From contig JAUCBJ010008930.1 of the NCBI GenBank assembly GCA_032718475.1, positions 1 to 64,000 of the forward strand: 64,000 bases of DNA, in the 5' to 3' direction. Each line of letters begins with the position of its first letter. The stretch's first letter is position 1. Positions 31,120 through 44,500 of the stretch are shown here, one piece after another. This DNA is from Nemertoderma westbladi. Taxonomy: Eukaryota > Animalia > Xenacoelomorpha. The notes under the pieces are model-generated. The model did not search any database, was not told where the DNA came from, and worked only from the letters and a program-made list of their open reading frames with translations. Made by a program: the position numbers and the translations under genes.

Positions 31120-32484
31120 ACTTGACCGATAGATACACAATAAATAGAACCAATACTAATGAGAACTCAAAGCAATCTTTACAAAGTTAATTCGAATAAA
31201 ATAAAATTTTGAAAATCCACGGCATTTAGGGAATATAATTCTATAACAATATTATAATGTAAAATTTCTAAGCAATGACTGGTATGAAAAATGCTGATCT
31301 TCGAACTATGGTTCTGTAATTAAATTTTATTACTTCAACTTTTATACGGATTTACCAGTGAAAGAAACCTAGAATCCATTATCACAATGTAACAGTATCA
31401 ATAACCATATCTATTCTATGTAGATCATAAGAGAGACATCCTTGATTCATATATTATAATTTCCGAGCTGAAATGTTTCAGTGACTATAACTTACAGGCT
31501 TCGTATTATGTACAAACGACTGAGTAGTATATATTAATATTAATGGGTTACCGGTATATAGAACGAGTGTAGACTGGGAGCGAAAATATATTACATACAA
31601 TTTCGAGTAATATAAAATTAACGAGTCCAGTTCGTCTCCCCTCGTGTCATTCGACGCATACCCCCCCCCCCCCCCCCCCTCCACACTTTTCCCTTTACCT
31701 CGTGGTCTTTCTTTAAGCATAACTTCATTTTGGGTCCACCTTGGTGGAGAGGGCCCTTTCCCTGCAAGAAAACCGGCGCGGTAGCTACCAAGATAAAGCG
31801 CCGTCCCAGATTGTGAGAACCCTATACCCATGACCTAGGCACATTGTAGTACATCTCAGCAACTGCCCAGACGATTTTCTTGAAATTTGCACACGACCTG
31901 CGCCGCGGTTCCATATAACCCTATACCAAATTTCAAATAAATTCATAAATTAGGGGCCGAGTGAGAATGTTTTAAAGTTATTAAAAATTAATAAAAACTA
32001 TTAGAAATAAATCTTGCCGATATCTGATTGGGAAGAGCACCGAGGCAGTTCGCTGGTAGAATTAATTCAGAGTTGGCTTGGCAACCACAGTAGGTAGGTT
32101 GAGCTGCTAGTATGCCGTTATCTCAGTAGTAATATGGCCGCCATCTAATGTGTACTATTTATAGACAATTTGATTTAATGATAACCACAGTGTCTGACTA
32201 CTGGGGTTGTTTAATGACGGATGTTATACTATAGCCAGTCTGCCCAGCAATACACATATCCATTATATGAACAATGTTTACAGTTAATCTATTGAATGGG
32301 GCTAATCAGTAGTGGGTAAATGATGCGAATTATAATGGTAGTGGCAAAGCAGTATATATGCACACTCTAGTCCTAAATCAGTCGATCTCAGGAACTGCAG
32401 ATACGATTTTTTTTTAATTTGCACACAATATGAAGGGGGGTACCAGAAATAAGTGTACCAAATTTCAAGTAAATTGATCAATTT

Positions 32485-32965
32485 ACTAATATATTTATAA
32501 TTAAAAAGGTAATAAATTTCGCTATTTAAGGAAACTATAGGTCCTATGGGAAAATGATGAAATTCAAAGTTGTAGATAATCATCCGCGTAGCCCATCGGT
32601 GGAATAAAATGTTGACTTTATTTATAACTAATATATTTATAATTAAAAAGGTAATAAATTTCGCTATTTAAGAAAACTATAGGTCCTATAGGAAAATGAT
32701 GAAATTCAAAGTTGTAGATAATCATCCGCGTAGCCCATCGGTGAAATAAAATGTTGACTTTATTTATAACTAATATATTTATAGGCCCTAATTAAAAAGG
32801 TAATAAATTTCGCTATTTAAGAAAACTATAGGTCCTATAGGAAAGTGATGAAACTCAAAGTTGTAGATAATCATCCGCATATCCCATCGGTGGAATAAAA
32901 TTTTGATTTTATTTATAACTAATTTATTTATAATTAAAAAGTTTATAAATTTAACTATTTAAGTA
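32485..32965. repeat. ~142-bp tandem repeat x~3.3, probably within a non-autonomous DNA element
   Basis: aattcaaagttgtagataatcatccgc recurs at 32561, 32703, 32852. Confidence 0.85.
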
Positions 32966-33637
32966 AATAATCCGAAACGTTTATTTCCGAAATGTTTAAT
33001 TGTACAATGCGAATTCGAATCTACCAATTATTTTTAGGAACGATTAGAAGACCACCGGGGCTACATGTTTAGATTATGATTTATTTGTTCCAGAACGTTG
33101 TTACAGCTGTACAGGGTGGGTGGGCAATTTGGTGCTAGTGAATATTTAGAGTTCATTTATTTAGCTCAAAATGCTTAGAATTCTCAAGTTGTTTACATTG
33201 ATATCACAATTTTGAAAGAAATATTTATCAAGAAGGTCAAAACTGAAGCCATTCTCGGACGTCCGCTCTTGGTGGAAGGGGAGGTCTGGCGCTGTGTTTA
33301 TTTATATTTATTTAGGAACCTTGAAAGGAATTTAACAATTAATTCGTGTATACAACTTTGGAAGACGAAGTTATAACAGGTAGATGGCATTGCGGGTAGA
33401 TGACACATATTGTACTGTTTTTGTATCCCTTGTACATCATTACTTAACCGAGATTCTACACCATAAATAAGAGAGTTTGGTATACAAACTTCAAACACTT
33501 GAAATTTAAATTTTAATGGCATCGACGAATTACTGAATTGTTAAAATGGTTGTTGCATTAAGGAAGATGGTGTAGTATAAAATCTGTCCTGCATTCTCCT
33601 CGAAAACTCTCAGTTATATACCTGTAGGCCTTAAAGA

Positions 33638-35033
33638 CCCTATTAAACCCGGGGGGGGGGGGGGTGTGTGACCCCCCCCGTGTTTTTTTTATTATAATTC
33701 TGAAACAAACGCAGTTGGGAATCTGAAATTTTTTGACTTTTCCTAAAAATCTATTGTCTTCCTCTTAGTGAAAACCGTTTTCAAAAATATAGGGTAGTTT
33801 TCGTGTTATAGCACCATTTTTTAACCCTACTTTTGGCACTTTTTTTTGAGACGTCTTTTGAATATTACATTTCATTAAATATGAATTGTAACATCTCAAT
33901 TTTTGATTTACACCGGTATTTTGATGTTAGCAATATAAATATATATTGATATATCATTGATATATTAATATATATCGATATAAATTGATTTAGAAATTTC
34001 AAACTTGTTTTTTTCGGTGGGTGCCAAATTTTGGTGCCAGCACCAAATTTTGAAATATGTAAATTTTGTAAATTGATTGTTTGAAACTTGTTATTTACGC
34101 AATTTGGGTTTTTTGGGGTTCTGGTTTCGATGAAATATATACGAGTTGCACCAAGCGTATCAAACTTGTATTTTTCGGTGCTGTGTGCAAATTTTGGTGC
34201 TAGCACGAAATTTTGAAAATTTATTCAATAGATAAAATTGCTTGTGACAATTTATTTCTTGCGTTGTAGAGGTTTATGGCTGTTCTGAATTCAATGGAAT
34301 ATCTAATTATCGAACTAGACATCTCAAACTTGTATTTTTCGGAAGTGGGTGCAAAATGTGGTGCTCGCACCAAATTTTGAAAACCATCATATATAATAAA
34401 TTGATTGTGCACCTTGTTTCTTGCGTTATACGGGTTTGTGAGGGTTCTGAATCCGAAGGAATCAATAAAACAGCACTGGTCATCGCAAACTTGTACTTTT
34501 TGGTGATTGGTATGAAATTTGGTGCTAGCACCAAAATTTGCCAAATTACGCCGAAAAATACAAGTAGCAATGATGTGGCATATTAGAAATGTATTCCATT
34601 AGAATCAGCGCCCTAGAAAACCTGAAAATGTGAATTTATAGCATCGTATAAGTGAATTAAAAATTTTGTGTTCTAACTGAAAAGTGCTGGTTAGTGGTTA
34701 CTTGTTTTTTTCATTTTTTTCCTACGCAGAGAGGACTAAACAGCCATTTATAGTAATCATATCATTTTTAAATATTTTCCAATGTATTTTGCGCCCCAGA
34801 AATCCTGTATTGAATAACAATTAGCCGAAAAATGAAACTTTCAAATTTTGTGAAAATTCTGCACTACTTGTAATTTTGGTGCTGCAATATAACCACCCCA
34901 GTACATTTTTTCGAAAATTTTTTTTCGGTCGGATCCAGACTAATGATACCTACGTACAAACAAAAAATCAGACGTTTTGTAAAAATGTATTTGTACAACA
35001 TTTTATAGCCCGGTATTTTATAGCCTAATAGGG
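33638..35033. mobile_element. TTAA-type (piggyBac-like) MITE with internal palindromic repeats
   Basis: CCCTATTA...TAATAGGG followed by TTAA (left TTAA offset by 3 nt). Internal aaatttggtgctagcaccaaatttt-type palindromes. Confidence 0.5.
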
Positions 35034-35037
35034 TTAA

Positions 35038-35800
35038 GCCACGGTTATACTTCGCCTGATGTCAGACATTCAGCCATTTTCTATTATTCTTTATAATCCT
35101 TTCTACCTGATTGTTACCAGACACTCTAGACTTCCGACTGAGTTTTTGTGAGGTCTTTACTTGTCTTACAGCAATTTCCCAGTCTGCCTCTAGGTGATAA
35201 AAGTGATTATGGAACATCTGCTTCGAATTTGCATAAACTTGACACTTGACATAAGTTTATGTCACGTGCTGCGCGAAATCCCCACTTCATGATGTTATAT
35301 CCCAATGTCATTACCCTAGAAACACTATAGCTATAACATGGCTCGCCCTCCATATAGGCCTATACCTGGTGATGTAGTACCGTATCAATTAGGCCTATTA
35401 GTGCTATAGACAGCGCAGTGTCTGATATCATGATACTGTGATATATACTGATATATTATTACGATATTAACAATACGGACATATTACATATTATTATGAT
35501 ATTATGTTTTATATTATATCTGACCGCCTAGTTCATTTACCCGCGGTCCAAGACATAACACATGACATATTTTTTTTAACCATGTATAAAACGCCACAGA
35601 CGTAATTGTGTCTGTCACAGACATTGGTGAGCATGTACTGTATGTGGCGTGTCGGTGGTGTGTCTGTGGCAGACACTATCAGACACGCGACAGACGCCAC
35701 AGACATCAGACACTGAAGCAGTCTGATGGTGTCTGACGCAGACTATGGATGGTGCCATAGTCGTGTCTGTTGATGTCTGCAGACGAAGTATAAACAGGGC
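35038..35800. mobile_element. MITE with imperfect TIRs, flanked by TTAA
   Basis: gccacggttatacttcgcctg ... cagacgaagtataaacagggc; TTAA at 35034-35037 and 35801-35804. Confidence 0.65.
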
Positions 35801-36540
35801 TTAAGTGAACATCTTCACTATTCTCAATATTTCTTATATATATTATATATATATATATATATAAATATAATTGTAAGGAAACCAAGATCAACCACGTTAA
35901 GTAAAAATTATAAGTCACAACAAATTACAGGTAATTGGAACTTAACAGGTAAACGGATTGCGTGGAAGTTGACGTACTGTAGGCCCTACAACATAATTAA
36001 TTCGTACCCAACGCCATCAAAAACGGTATTACTGTATGGATAGATGATTGATGACCTTGAAAACGTTCCTTCTGAGAAATAACTGTGGAAAAACTTATAT
36101 AAATACATTAATAGTGTGATTGTTTCGAATCTAGCATAGTATTTCAATCAACAGCAAGCATGCTTCTTAGAATCAAAATGCAAAATTCGGCATGGAAGGG
36201 ATATCACACCATTTGCCAAAAATGTGGAAATTCAAAAATTGTTATAGAATACATATATGTATCAAGTTAGGTTCCATTTCATCAAAGATTGACAGTAGCA
36301 CTAACTACACATTAACCGTTTAACGCCCACCCCTACTTCCCCATGTCAAAAATGTTTTATATTTTGGAAACTAACTCAAAATGGCCCAATAAAAAAACTT
36401 TACTTTTACACTTTTGCAAAAAAAGTGTTTGTTCAGAAGTTACAGCTATGTTCCATTTAAGGTGCGTTGGGCATTAGAGCATATATTTTTTTCTAATTTT
36501 TTTGGAAAGGCATTCTCCAACTTTTCTTTACTTTATAACA

Positions 36541-39500
36541 CATACTTGATACTTGATATTTATTTCTTTCTGCTGGTTACATATTAAATACATATTAACA
36601 ACATTAAACAATAAAATTTAACCAATATTTAAAAAAAAAAGAAAAAATGTATAGTGTGAGACGACCCCCACAAAAGACTAATAGCCAGGCTAGTGCCGTC
36701 TTGCTGTGGTGGCCAGAACCAACAGGAGGGGGGGGGGGGGGGGGGGGGGTGCCTGGTCCTTTTGAAATTTCGAATGTAGGCCTATATTACCGAACACATA
36801 CACGTATGTATTGTGTAACGTAAATCAAATAGTTTAACTATATTGTGGTTTGCATATATTTTAATTCTAATTTTAATTTTAATTTTCAATTTTTATTGGG
36901 ATTATTACCTTTATTTTTGTACGATTGAATATTAAAATTAAAATTAACGGTAAATGCTATAGCTCAGAAAATAAGTGGTTTTTTAAGTTTGACGTAAAAG
37001 ACTATTTTGATTTTTTATTGCGTATCTCTAGTGGCACAGAATTCCAGATCGAGGGTCCTCGAAAACTCACTGATCTCTGTGGGGAAGTTAGGTGACATAG
37101 TGGTATTGAGAAGTTGCCATGGGAAGCGCTGTGGGTATGTTAGTTGTGGACTGAAGAACGTTTTTGGAATAGTTTACCGAGGGTGGAATTTGGGCTTATG
37201 GTTTTCGAATAAATATCGTACATGAAGGTGCAAACTGACAGTTCATAGAGTTTGTTAAGTGGTAAAATATTTAATTGTTTGTAAATGGGAATTGATGACG
37301 ATCTGTAGTGTGAAAATGTAATACAGCGTAAAAGTTTATTGATTTTTGTACGTAGTGGTTTCAGTGTGGTGGAATGTGTGCTACCCCATACCAGGATCCA
37401 ATAATTAACGTAGGGATGGATCAGTGAAAAGTAGAGGGTTCTGAGTATATGTAGAGGAAATATGTGCCTAAGTTTATAGAAAATACCGCTGGATTTAGAA
37501 ATTTTTTTGAGTACCTGATTTATATGTGTTTTCCACTTTAGTTTTGAATCTATCCAAATGCCAAGTAATTTTGTGTTGTCTGTCTGTTTGATATCGGTGT
37601 TGTTAATTTTAAGTTGTAATCTGTTGTTATCGGTGGTAGTAGGAATAGGAAGGTTAGTAAATATGGTGTACTCAGTTTTCTTCAGGTTTAGTAATAGTTT
37701 ATTGTCACGTAACCAGTCGTAGATTTTAGTTAATTCACTGTTTGTACTAGATATTAATGAGTGGATATCACGATGTGAGTTGAGTAGAGTTGTGTCGTCA
37801 GCGAAAAGTGTACAAAGTAAGTTTGTTGCTTTGGGTAAGTCATTAATAAAAATGCTGCAGCCTAGCCCAACCCCGGCTTTCATCCTTCAGTGGTCGATAA
37901 ATGGGAACCAAGGCAACTTGGGAAACAGAGTGGAAGGGTTTCCTGTGGAAGATCACCCATGGTGGTGAGCAGGCATTCCTTGGCTTAACGAGCCTAAAAG
38001 ATTCTCCCATTCATTAATAATAAAAATGAGAAATAGTATGGGAGAGAGGACCGATCCCTGGGGAACACCACAAATGAGAGGTAATAAAGTTGAATTAATG
38101 CCGTCGATGGAGACAAATTGTTTGCGATTAGAGAGGAAACTAGAAATAAGTTGAAGTCTGATACCATAGGTCTCAAGCTTATTAATAAGGATTTTGTGGT
38201 CTATGGTATCAAAGGCCTTTTTAAGGTCAATGTATAAGGCGCATGTTGAATGATGGCAATCAAACATAGAGTTAATTTTTTCGGTTATAGATAGTAGTGC
38301 ATGAGAGGTGGTTGTTTTTGGTCTGAAGCCGTATTGGGATTCTGTAATTATGGAGTATTTGTTTAAGTAGGATTGTAGTTGTTCATTAATTAATTGTTCT
38401 AGAATTTTGCTTAGTACTGGTAGTAACGATATAGGACGGTAATTATTCGGGTCTGTAGGATCGTCTGATTTGAATAGTGGTATAACTTTAGCAATTTTTA
38501 ATGAATCGGGAAAAAAGCCTTACTTTATTGAAAGGTTGAATAAGTAGCACAGGTGTTGGGAAAGTGGTTTGGCAACAAGTCGGAGTAGTTTGGTGGGGAA
38601 CGGATCGTTAGAACTGCAGTTTAATTTGAGGTTGAAGATTCGGTATTGTAATTCTATTGGAGATGTTTCTGTTGATGTATAAGAGTTCACTCTAGTATTT
38701 GAAATATGGCGTCGGGGGGATCGGGGTGTGCAAGTCGGTGAGGTACTTTGGAGTTTAGTTCCAATGGTTGAAAAGTGTTCGTTGAATATTTCTGTAATTT
38801 GAGTTGGGTCTGATACAATTTGTGCGGAGGTATTTGTTTTTATAATAAGTTTTTTGGGTGATGATTTAGAAGTTGTTTTGTGGAGTACAGTATTAATTAT
38901 CGACCAAGTAATTGTAATGTTGTTATCAAATTGTTGCGAATAATATTTTTTCGGCAATTTTTAAGGTTTTTTTGAGATGATTACGATACTGTAGTCGGTA
39001 AAACATTTACGGTTGGTTTCAGTTCGGTTTTTTAAATAGTTCCTGTATAATTTGTCTTTAGTTCTGATTGATTTGAGTAGACTTTCAGTGATCCATGCTT
39101 TGAGGGGCCGAGTTTTGTGTGTATATGATTTTGAAGGGATATGAGAGGAGCAAATGTTGGTGAGATTATCGTAAAAACAGTCAAACTTTGAGGTGATGGC
39201 TATTGATTTATCGGTGTAGGACCAGTTGGAGGGTTTATTAATGTCACGAAGGAAAGAAGATTCGTCAAGTTTTGAATAGTCGAAAGTGTGGCGTGGTTTA
39301 GGTTCATTGAAAATACAGCTAAATTTTTGTAAAATGATAAATGTTGCGTGGTGATCTGAATTACCTATTTTACAGTTAAAAGTACCCGCATTGGAAACTG
39401 AGGTGGTTATATTGGTAATTATGTGGTCTATCAGTGTTTCTGAATTACGTTTTGGGTCAATTCGAGTGGCATGGTTTATAAGCTGTATGTACCCGTAAGA

Positions 39501-39545
39501 GTTAAGAAGGTTTATATATCTTTTCTGTATTTGGTTGTTGTTCGC
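36541..39545 (-). mobile_element. 5'-truncated degenerate L2/CR1-group LINE
   Basis: EN end (ATRID..TLIDHIITN, SDHHATF) and RT (NYRPISLLPVLSKILE, QYGFR, DLKKAFDTIDH, GVPQGSVLSPILF, FADDT, KLLGIWID). 3' end aataaa + (tatcaag)n at ~36541-36565. Confidence 0.88.
37855..38017 (+). mobile_element. Truncated SINE fragment inserted in the LINE RT
   Basis: 11-bp TSD taataaaaatg (37844-37854, 38018-38028) splits LFLIFI/NDLPK. Core gctttcatccttcagtggtcgataaatgggaacca resembles the Nin/Deu SINE domain (recalled consensus, not searched). Confidence 0.65.
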
Positions 39546-40224
39546 TTTATAAGTTCTTACATAAATTATATAGGACCCCATTGATTGTTCAGAAGCTACT
39601 GCAGTTAGTTAGGCTATTCAGCTACGGTATGGATAAGCAGTTCATCGGCTTACTGATATAAACTAACTGGGAAAAGTCACTGTTGTTAAGATAGGTTCCG
39701 GTAGCCGTTTAGCAGATGATGTATACCGGGATGTTCTGTAAGATTTATTTTCGGTTTATCGAGTTCTGTTTATAGGCCTATAGGTATGCGAACCCCAGGC
39801 AGTTTAGTGGGACCATTACTTTGTCATATAATTGATTACGGGTATATATATCAACCGATAGTAATCCTATAGTCAACCTATAGGTATAGTATATAATGCC
39901 TAATGCCTTACCTCTAGAGTGGGCCTACACGTGCAATGTACACATGCTACACAGACTATGCCTATCAAGTTATCGACTATTGTATCAAGAAGTACAGTGT
40001 GCACAAAAGTACTGCTGTTCCGATATACTGATGCTGATCCTTATACTGTTATGGGACGGATCAATAAAGGTCCGTGCCATAATTGCATGCCTGCCAGACC
40101 TGCAAGACTCACAGATAGAAACTGCCCTCCACCGCTCCTGCTTGCCCCAAGGTCGGCTTCGCCCTGCGCTGTTGCCCTCCATCTCTGGTAGTGCAGTATT
40201 CCTTGGAATTCGAACTCATCATGC

Positions 40225-40540
40225 GTGACTCCTTGTCTGACCTGGTCGGAGGTTCGCTCTCCGACTGGTCATGCATGCGTTCCAACCGCTATGGGAGGTC
40301 TCGGCCTGCGCAAGGGAACTGACCATGCACCAGCTGCATATGTAGACTCCGTTTGCCCGGCTGGACCCCTTGTTTCCCTCATCATTGGCCACCCTCCAGC
40401 CAACCCACACGTAGATCCTGCCCTAACCTCTCTGTCCACATCTGCAGAGGAAGAGGAACCCGAGAAGACTCAACCTCCGCTCATTCTGTCCCCACCACCC
40501 AGCAAACCTGGATATGCCCTCATTGAGGCCGGGAGCGTAA
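40225..40540 (+). mobile_element. CRE-like non-LTR fragment (post-RT region)
   Basis: HACVPTAMGGLGLRKGTDHAPAAYVDS fits the LPxxxGGLGLR..HAPAAY motif. Confidence 0.5.
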
Positions 40541-41504
40541 GATCGTGGCCCACGCCGAGGAGTGTCACAGCTCCGGGGTCGGGTTCACACCATTCGTTTC
40601 TGCTGTCTCTTCGTTTGTCCTTTCTTATAAATATAACCTTATTAATTAATAAAAAATATTGTTACATTGAAAAAAAAATAGTAGCCTAATACGAACTAGC
40701 TAAAAAAATATTCTTATCTACACTGTGTTCTGATGTACCTGCCTGGACTGTACCTACAGTATAGACCTATGCAATGTACAGTACAGTACACTCGACAATC
40801 GAGTTATGTTCTTTACATTTCCACTGGTCATTTGGACAACTTGTAGACATTTTTTCAAAGTTGATCAAAATCAGGTCAAGAAAATGCAATTTATTCGAGT
40901 CAGGTCTAGAATGTGTGTTAGCTTATCCAATTCCGCTAACATCCCATAAAGTTATAAGCCGATAAGCAATATTGGGAGCCGCGAGATTGGGTAATAACCA
41001 ACTCGTGCCATCCCAATAAGAGTGGGAAGGAAGCACACAATAAAGGGTCAGGGGCCAAACCCCTAACCCAGAGAGAACAGATGGAGTGAACGGGAACACT
41101 CCACGGGGTGCCAACAAGGGTATCAACCAATCAGAGGGGGGCAAGGCATCGATTAGGTAGTAATTAGGCCAACCGTGCAATATAACCAGTAACCCAATAT
41201 CAGTAATTCAGTTATCTCAGTGCAGTAGTGCTAGCATAGGTTAATTAGTTTAGATAGGGGAGCACGGGACTTTTAGTTACCGTATCCCGCCTTCCATATA
41301 CTATACAATATATCTATATCTTATACCTTTATTATTATACACCGAACTTCAGAACTCATTTTACTTTCATTCACTCTTTATACACGGCGGGGACGCGTGA
41401 ACTAAATACCGGATAAATCGGGATCCCTCCTGGATCCCGTCACAGTAACTAAAACCAACCGCTGCCCTAGCTAGCCAAACCATCAGCCACCAATCACCAG
41501 CGAG

Positions 41505-44500
41505 ATGAGTCAATCGGGCGAGACACCGACGCGGACCCCGGACGAAGACCAAACGATCCGTGAGGCCGCAACCAGGCGATATAGACCCACGACGCCGGAG
41601 CCATCGATAACGGGCGAACCGGAAGTTCAAGACGAGGGGAGCCTGGAACAAGAGGTCGAGCCAAGAGGAAGGGAGAGCGAGACGGAGGGAGACGGAGATG
41701 AGTCGACACGGGACGGAGATCGGCGCACCGATGTCGCCGGCCAGCTACAGGCCGAGGGCGACGAGCGGCCCACCGAAACGGCGACGGTGGGGCCGACGGT
41801 GCGACGCCGGACGCGAAGAGACGGAGGAGACATCGGTACCGATGTCGCCGGCCAGCTACAGGCCGAGGGCGACGGACGGCCCACCGGAACGGCGACGGTG
41901 GAGCCGCCGGTACGACGTCGAACCCGGAGGGACGGAGGAGAGGTCGGCGACGAGGACGTCGGGGTTTCAGAGCGACTTCGACGGGCCTACAACGCGACCC
42001 GGAAGCTAATAAAGGACGCCAAGAAGGAAGGGGCGAAGGTAGACGAGGTGAGACTGAGAAAGCGACTAGGTGAGTCGGATAGACACTTTAATTACCTAAT
42101 ACGTTTTGGGCAGAGAGAACTAGCCGAGGGGAGAGCAAAAGGGGTTGCCGGCGAACTGTTTGAACTATGGGAGTGTGGGAGTATGGAACCTAGCGTAGCG
42201 CCAGTGTACATAGGGCCATACTTGGTCGATGCCCGGGGAGTAAAATTAGTGGGTTGGAGGGGACCCGAGGGGGGCGAATCCGAGGTTAACCCCGAGGATT
42301 CGGCCTCGTCGGTCGGAGAAAGTTCCGGGAAGCGGGGGAAAGTTAGTAGGTCGGGAAGGCGGAGGGGGTCCGTCGTAACCGATAAGTCTGCTACATCCTC
42401 CGCGAAAGAAAGAGTGGTGAGAGAGATAGGTGCCGCATACCGTCTCAACATGGCAGAGCAAGGTCAGAGGGAAATGGAGGAACGGTTAGAGGAGGGGAGA
42501 GTGCGGTTAGAGAGGGAAGCGGCATTGATTAGAGAAACCGGAGAGAGGGCCGAAAGGGCTTTGAGAAGCCTTAGGGAGTGTGAGGAAATAGAGGAAAAGG
42601 AGTGTAGGGAGCGTGAGGCGGAACGCAAGGAATATGAGGCAAGAGAGGAAAGGGAATGCAAGGAGCGTGAGGCAAGGGAGGAAAGGGAACGCAAAGAGCG
42701 TGAGGCGGAACGCAAGGAACATGAGGCGAGAAGGGAAAAGGAACGCAAGGAGCGCGAGGTGAGACGAAGGGAGAGCGCTAGGAGTGTAGCAGAGTCGGCC
42801 GCCCGGGACACCCAGGAGTGTGAGAGGAGAATGGCAGAGGCTGAACGAGAGCACAAGGAATTAAAGAGACGCCAGAGTGAGCTTGCGGAACATAGGATTA
42901 GACGGGCGCACGAGCTGCAACTGGTGCGAGCGTCGCCGTCTGAAAGCGGGGCCGGCTCGAGTATTTTTGGGGAGCCGGGGGCCGTAGATACATTTATTAA
43001 TACCCCACTGACAGGGACCGCGCGACAGACCCAAAACTGGTGTGACCGTACGGGCGGGGGGGGGGGGGTAACGACAATAATGATACAGTAGACGTTGTTA
43101 ATGTTGATAGTACCGTATGGGACAACTCTAATCAAACCTTTATTGCAGGAAATACTTTGCCTAGTGGTAGTAATTTAAATTTAAATCAGAACAATCCTAA
43201 TATTAATGTAGAAAATAATTCTAATATTAATGTAATTACGCAAAATAATTCAAATAATCAAAATAATAACCCAAATTCGAACCTACAAAATAATTTAAAT
43301 AACGCGATTACGCAAAATAATCCAAATAATTTAAATAATGATCCAAGCCCGAATTTACAAAATAATTCAGATAGCGTAGTCGCGCAGAATAATACAAATG
43401 ATTTCGTTCCAAACGAGCAAATCAATTCTGTTTCCAATATGGGTGCTATTAACGTAAACACGTCGGACGTGTATAGCCAGGCAGATGAGGGCCTGGTAGG
43501 CCACGTAGTTGGTAGGCAGGGAGCAGAGGGCCTGGTAGGCCATGTAGTTGGTAGGCAGGGAGCAGAGGGCCTGGTAGGCCACGTAGTTGGTAGGCAGGGA
43601 GTAGAGGGCCTGGAAGGCCACGCAATAGCAGGAGGAGAAGCGGGGGTGAATAGACCCGACCGCGGTAGGGTTGATGTGTCGACTAGAGAGGTATATAGTA
43701 GCGGGGTGAGAGGTAGCGAAGTAAAATGTAGCGAGTGGGGGGGGGGGCTACAAGGGCCCCACAACGGAAAGTTAGCGGCGAGTGGGGGGGGGGCTACGAG
43801 GGCCCCACAACAGAGAGTTAGCGGCGAGAGGGGGGGGGGGGCAGAGAGTGTCCCACAGCCGTCAGCGGACAATGCGCGGGCCGAAATAGGTAAACCGCAA
43901 CAACCGGCGACGGAAAGTAATAGGGGGATTGCGGATATCCCCAGCGGCGTGCGACCGAGCAGAGAGAGACGGGTTGACGTCGCGAGAGGGCGGACGAAGC
44001 GTCGAGCCCGATCAGAGGAAGGAAGAAGAACAGTGGGGTTTAACCGGGAGGTCGACGAGAGATCTCACGAGCGGGAATATTCCACTGATAGGAGAAGAAA
44101 GGAAGACAGTAGTAGAAGTATCGCCGCGAACGATAGAAGAGCGAGGACGGATAGCGAGCCGTCGGTAGTCGAGATGAGAACGGAGAGTCAGTGGGGTCGG
44201 ACTCCGGGAGATTGCCGTCGCCCCGGAGAGATGCGACCCGGCGAGGCGCACTACGCGCCGAGAGAGGGGTACGCGATGTACCGGTACGAAGATGAGAACA
44301 GTAGAGAGGGGGGTCGAAGAGAAACTTTCCGACGGAATATACCTACCGATCGAGAATACGGTAGCCGCGGGGAGGATTATTCGAGAAGAATAAACTTCGA
44401 TCCCGAACAACACATGCAGACTGTAGGACATACTGTAGGCCTTACTGCACATACCATAGGCCATACTGAGAGAGGCAATGTAGGCGATAGGATAGCGTGG

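Larger units (their letters stand above)
12401..31245 (-). mobile_element. Giant (18.8 kb) BEL/Pao LTR retrotransposon with intact gag-pol and an additional 1230-aa ORF
   Basis: ~1.9-kb direct repeats at both ends, a 2974-aa Gag-PR-RT-RH-IN ORF with Pao-type motifs, and a second same-strand ORF. Inserted 87 bp from an SLC1 splice acceptor. Confidence 0.95.
29317..31245 (-). repeat. 5' LTR of the BEL/Pao element (1929 bp)
   Basis: Direct repeat of 12401-14314; carries a ~17-bp extra segment near 30790. Confidence 0.92.
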
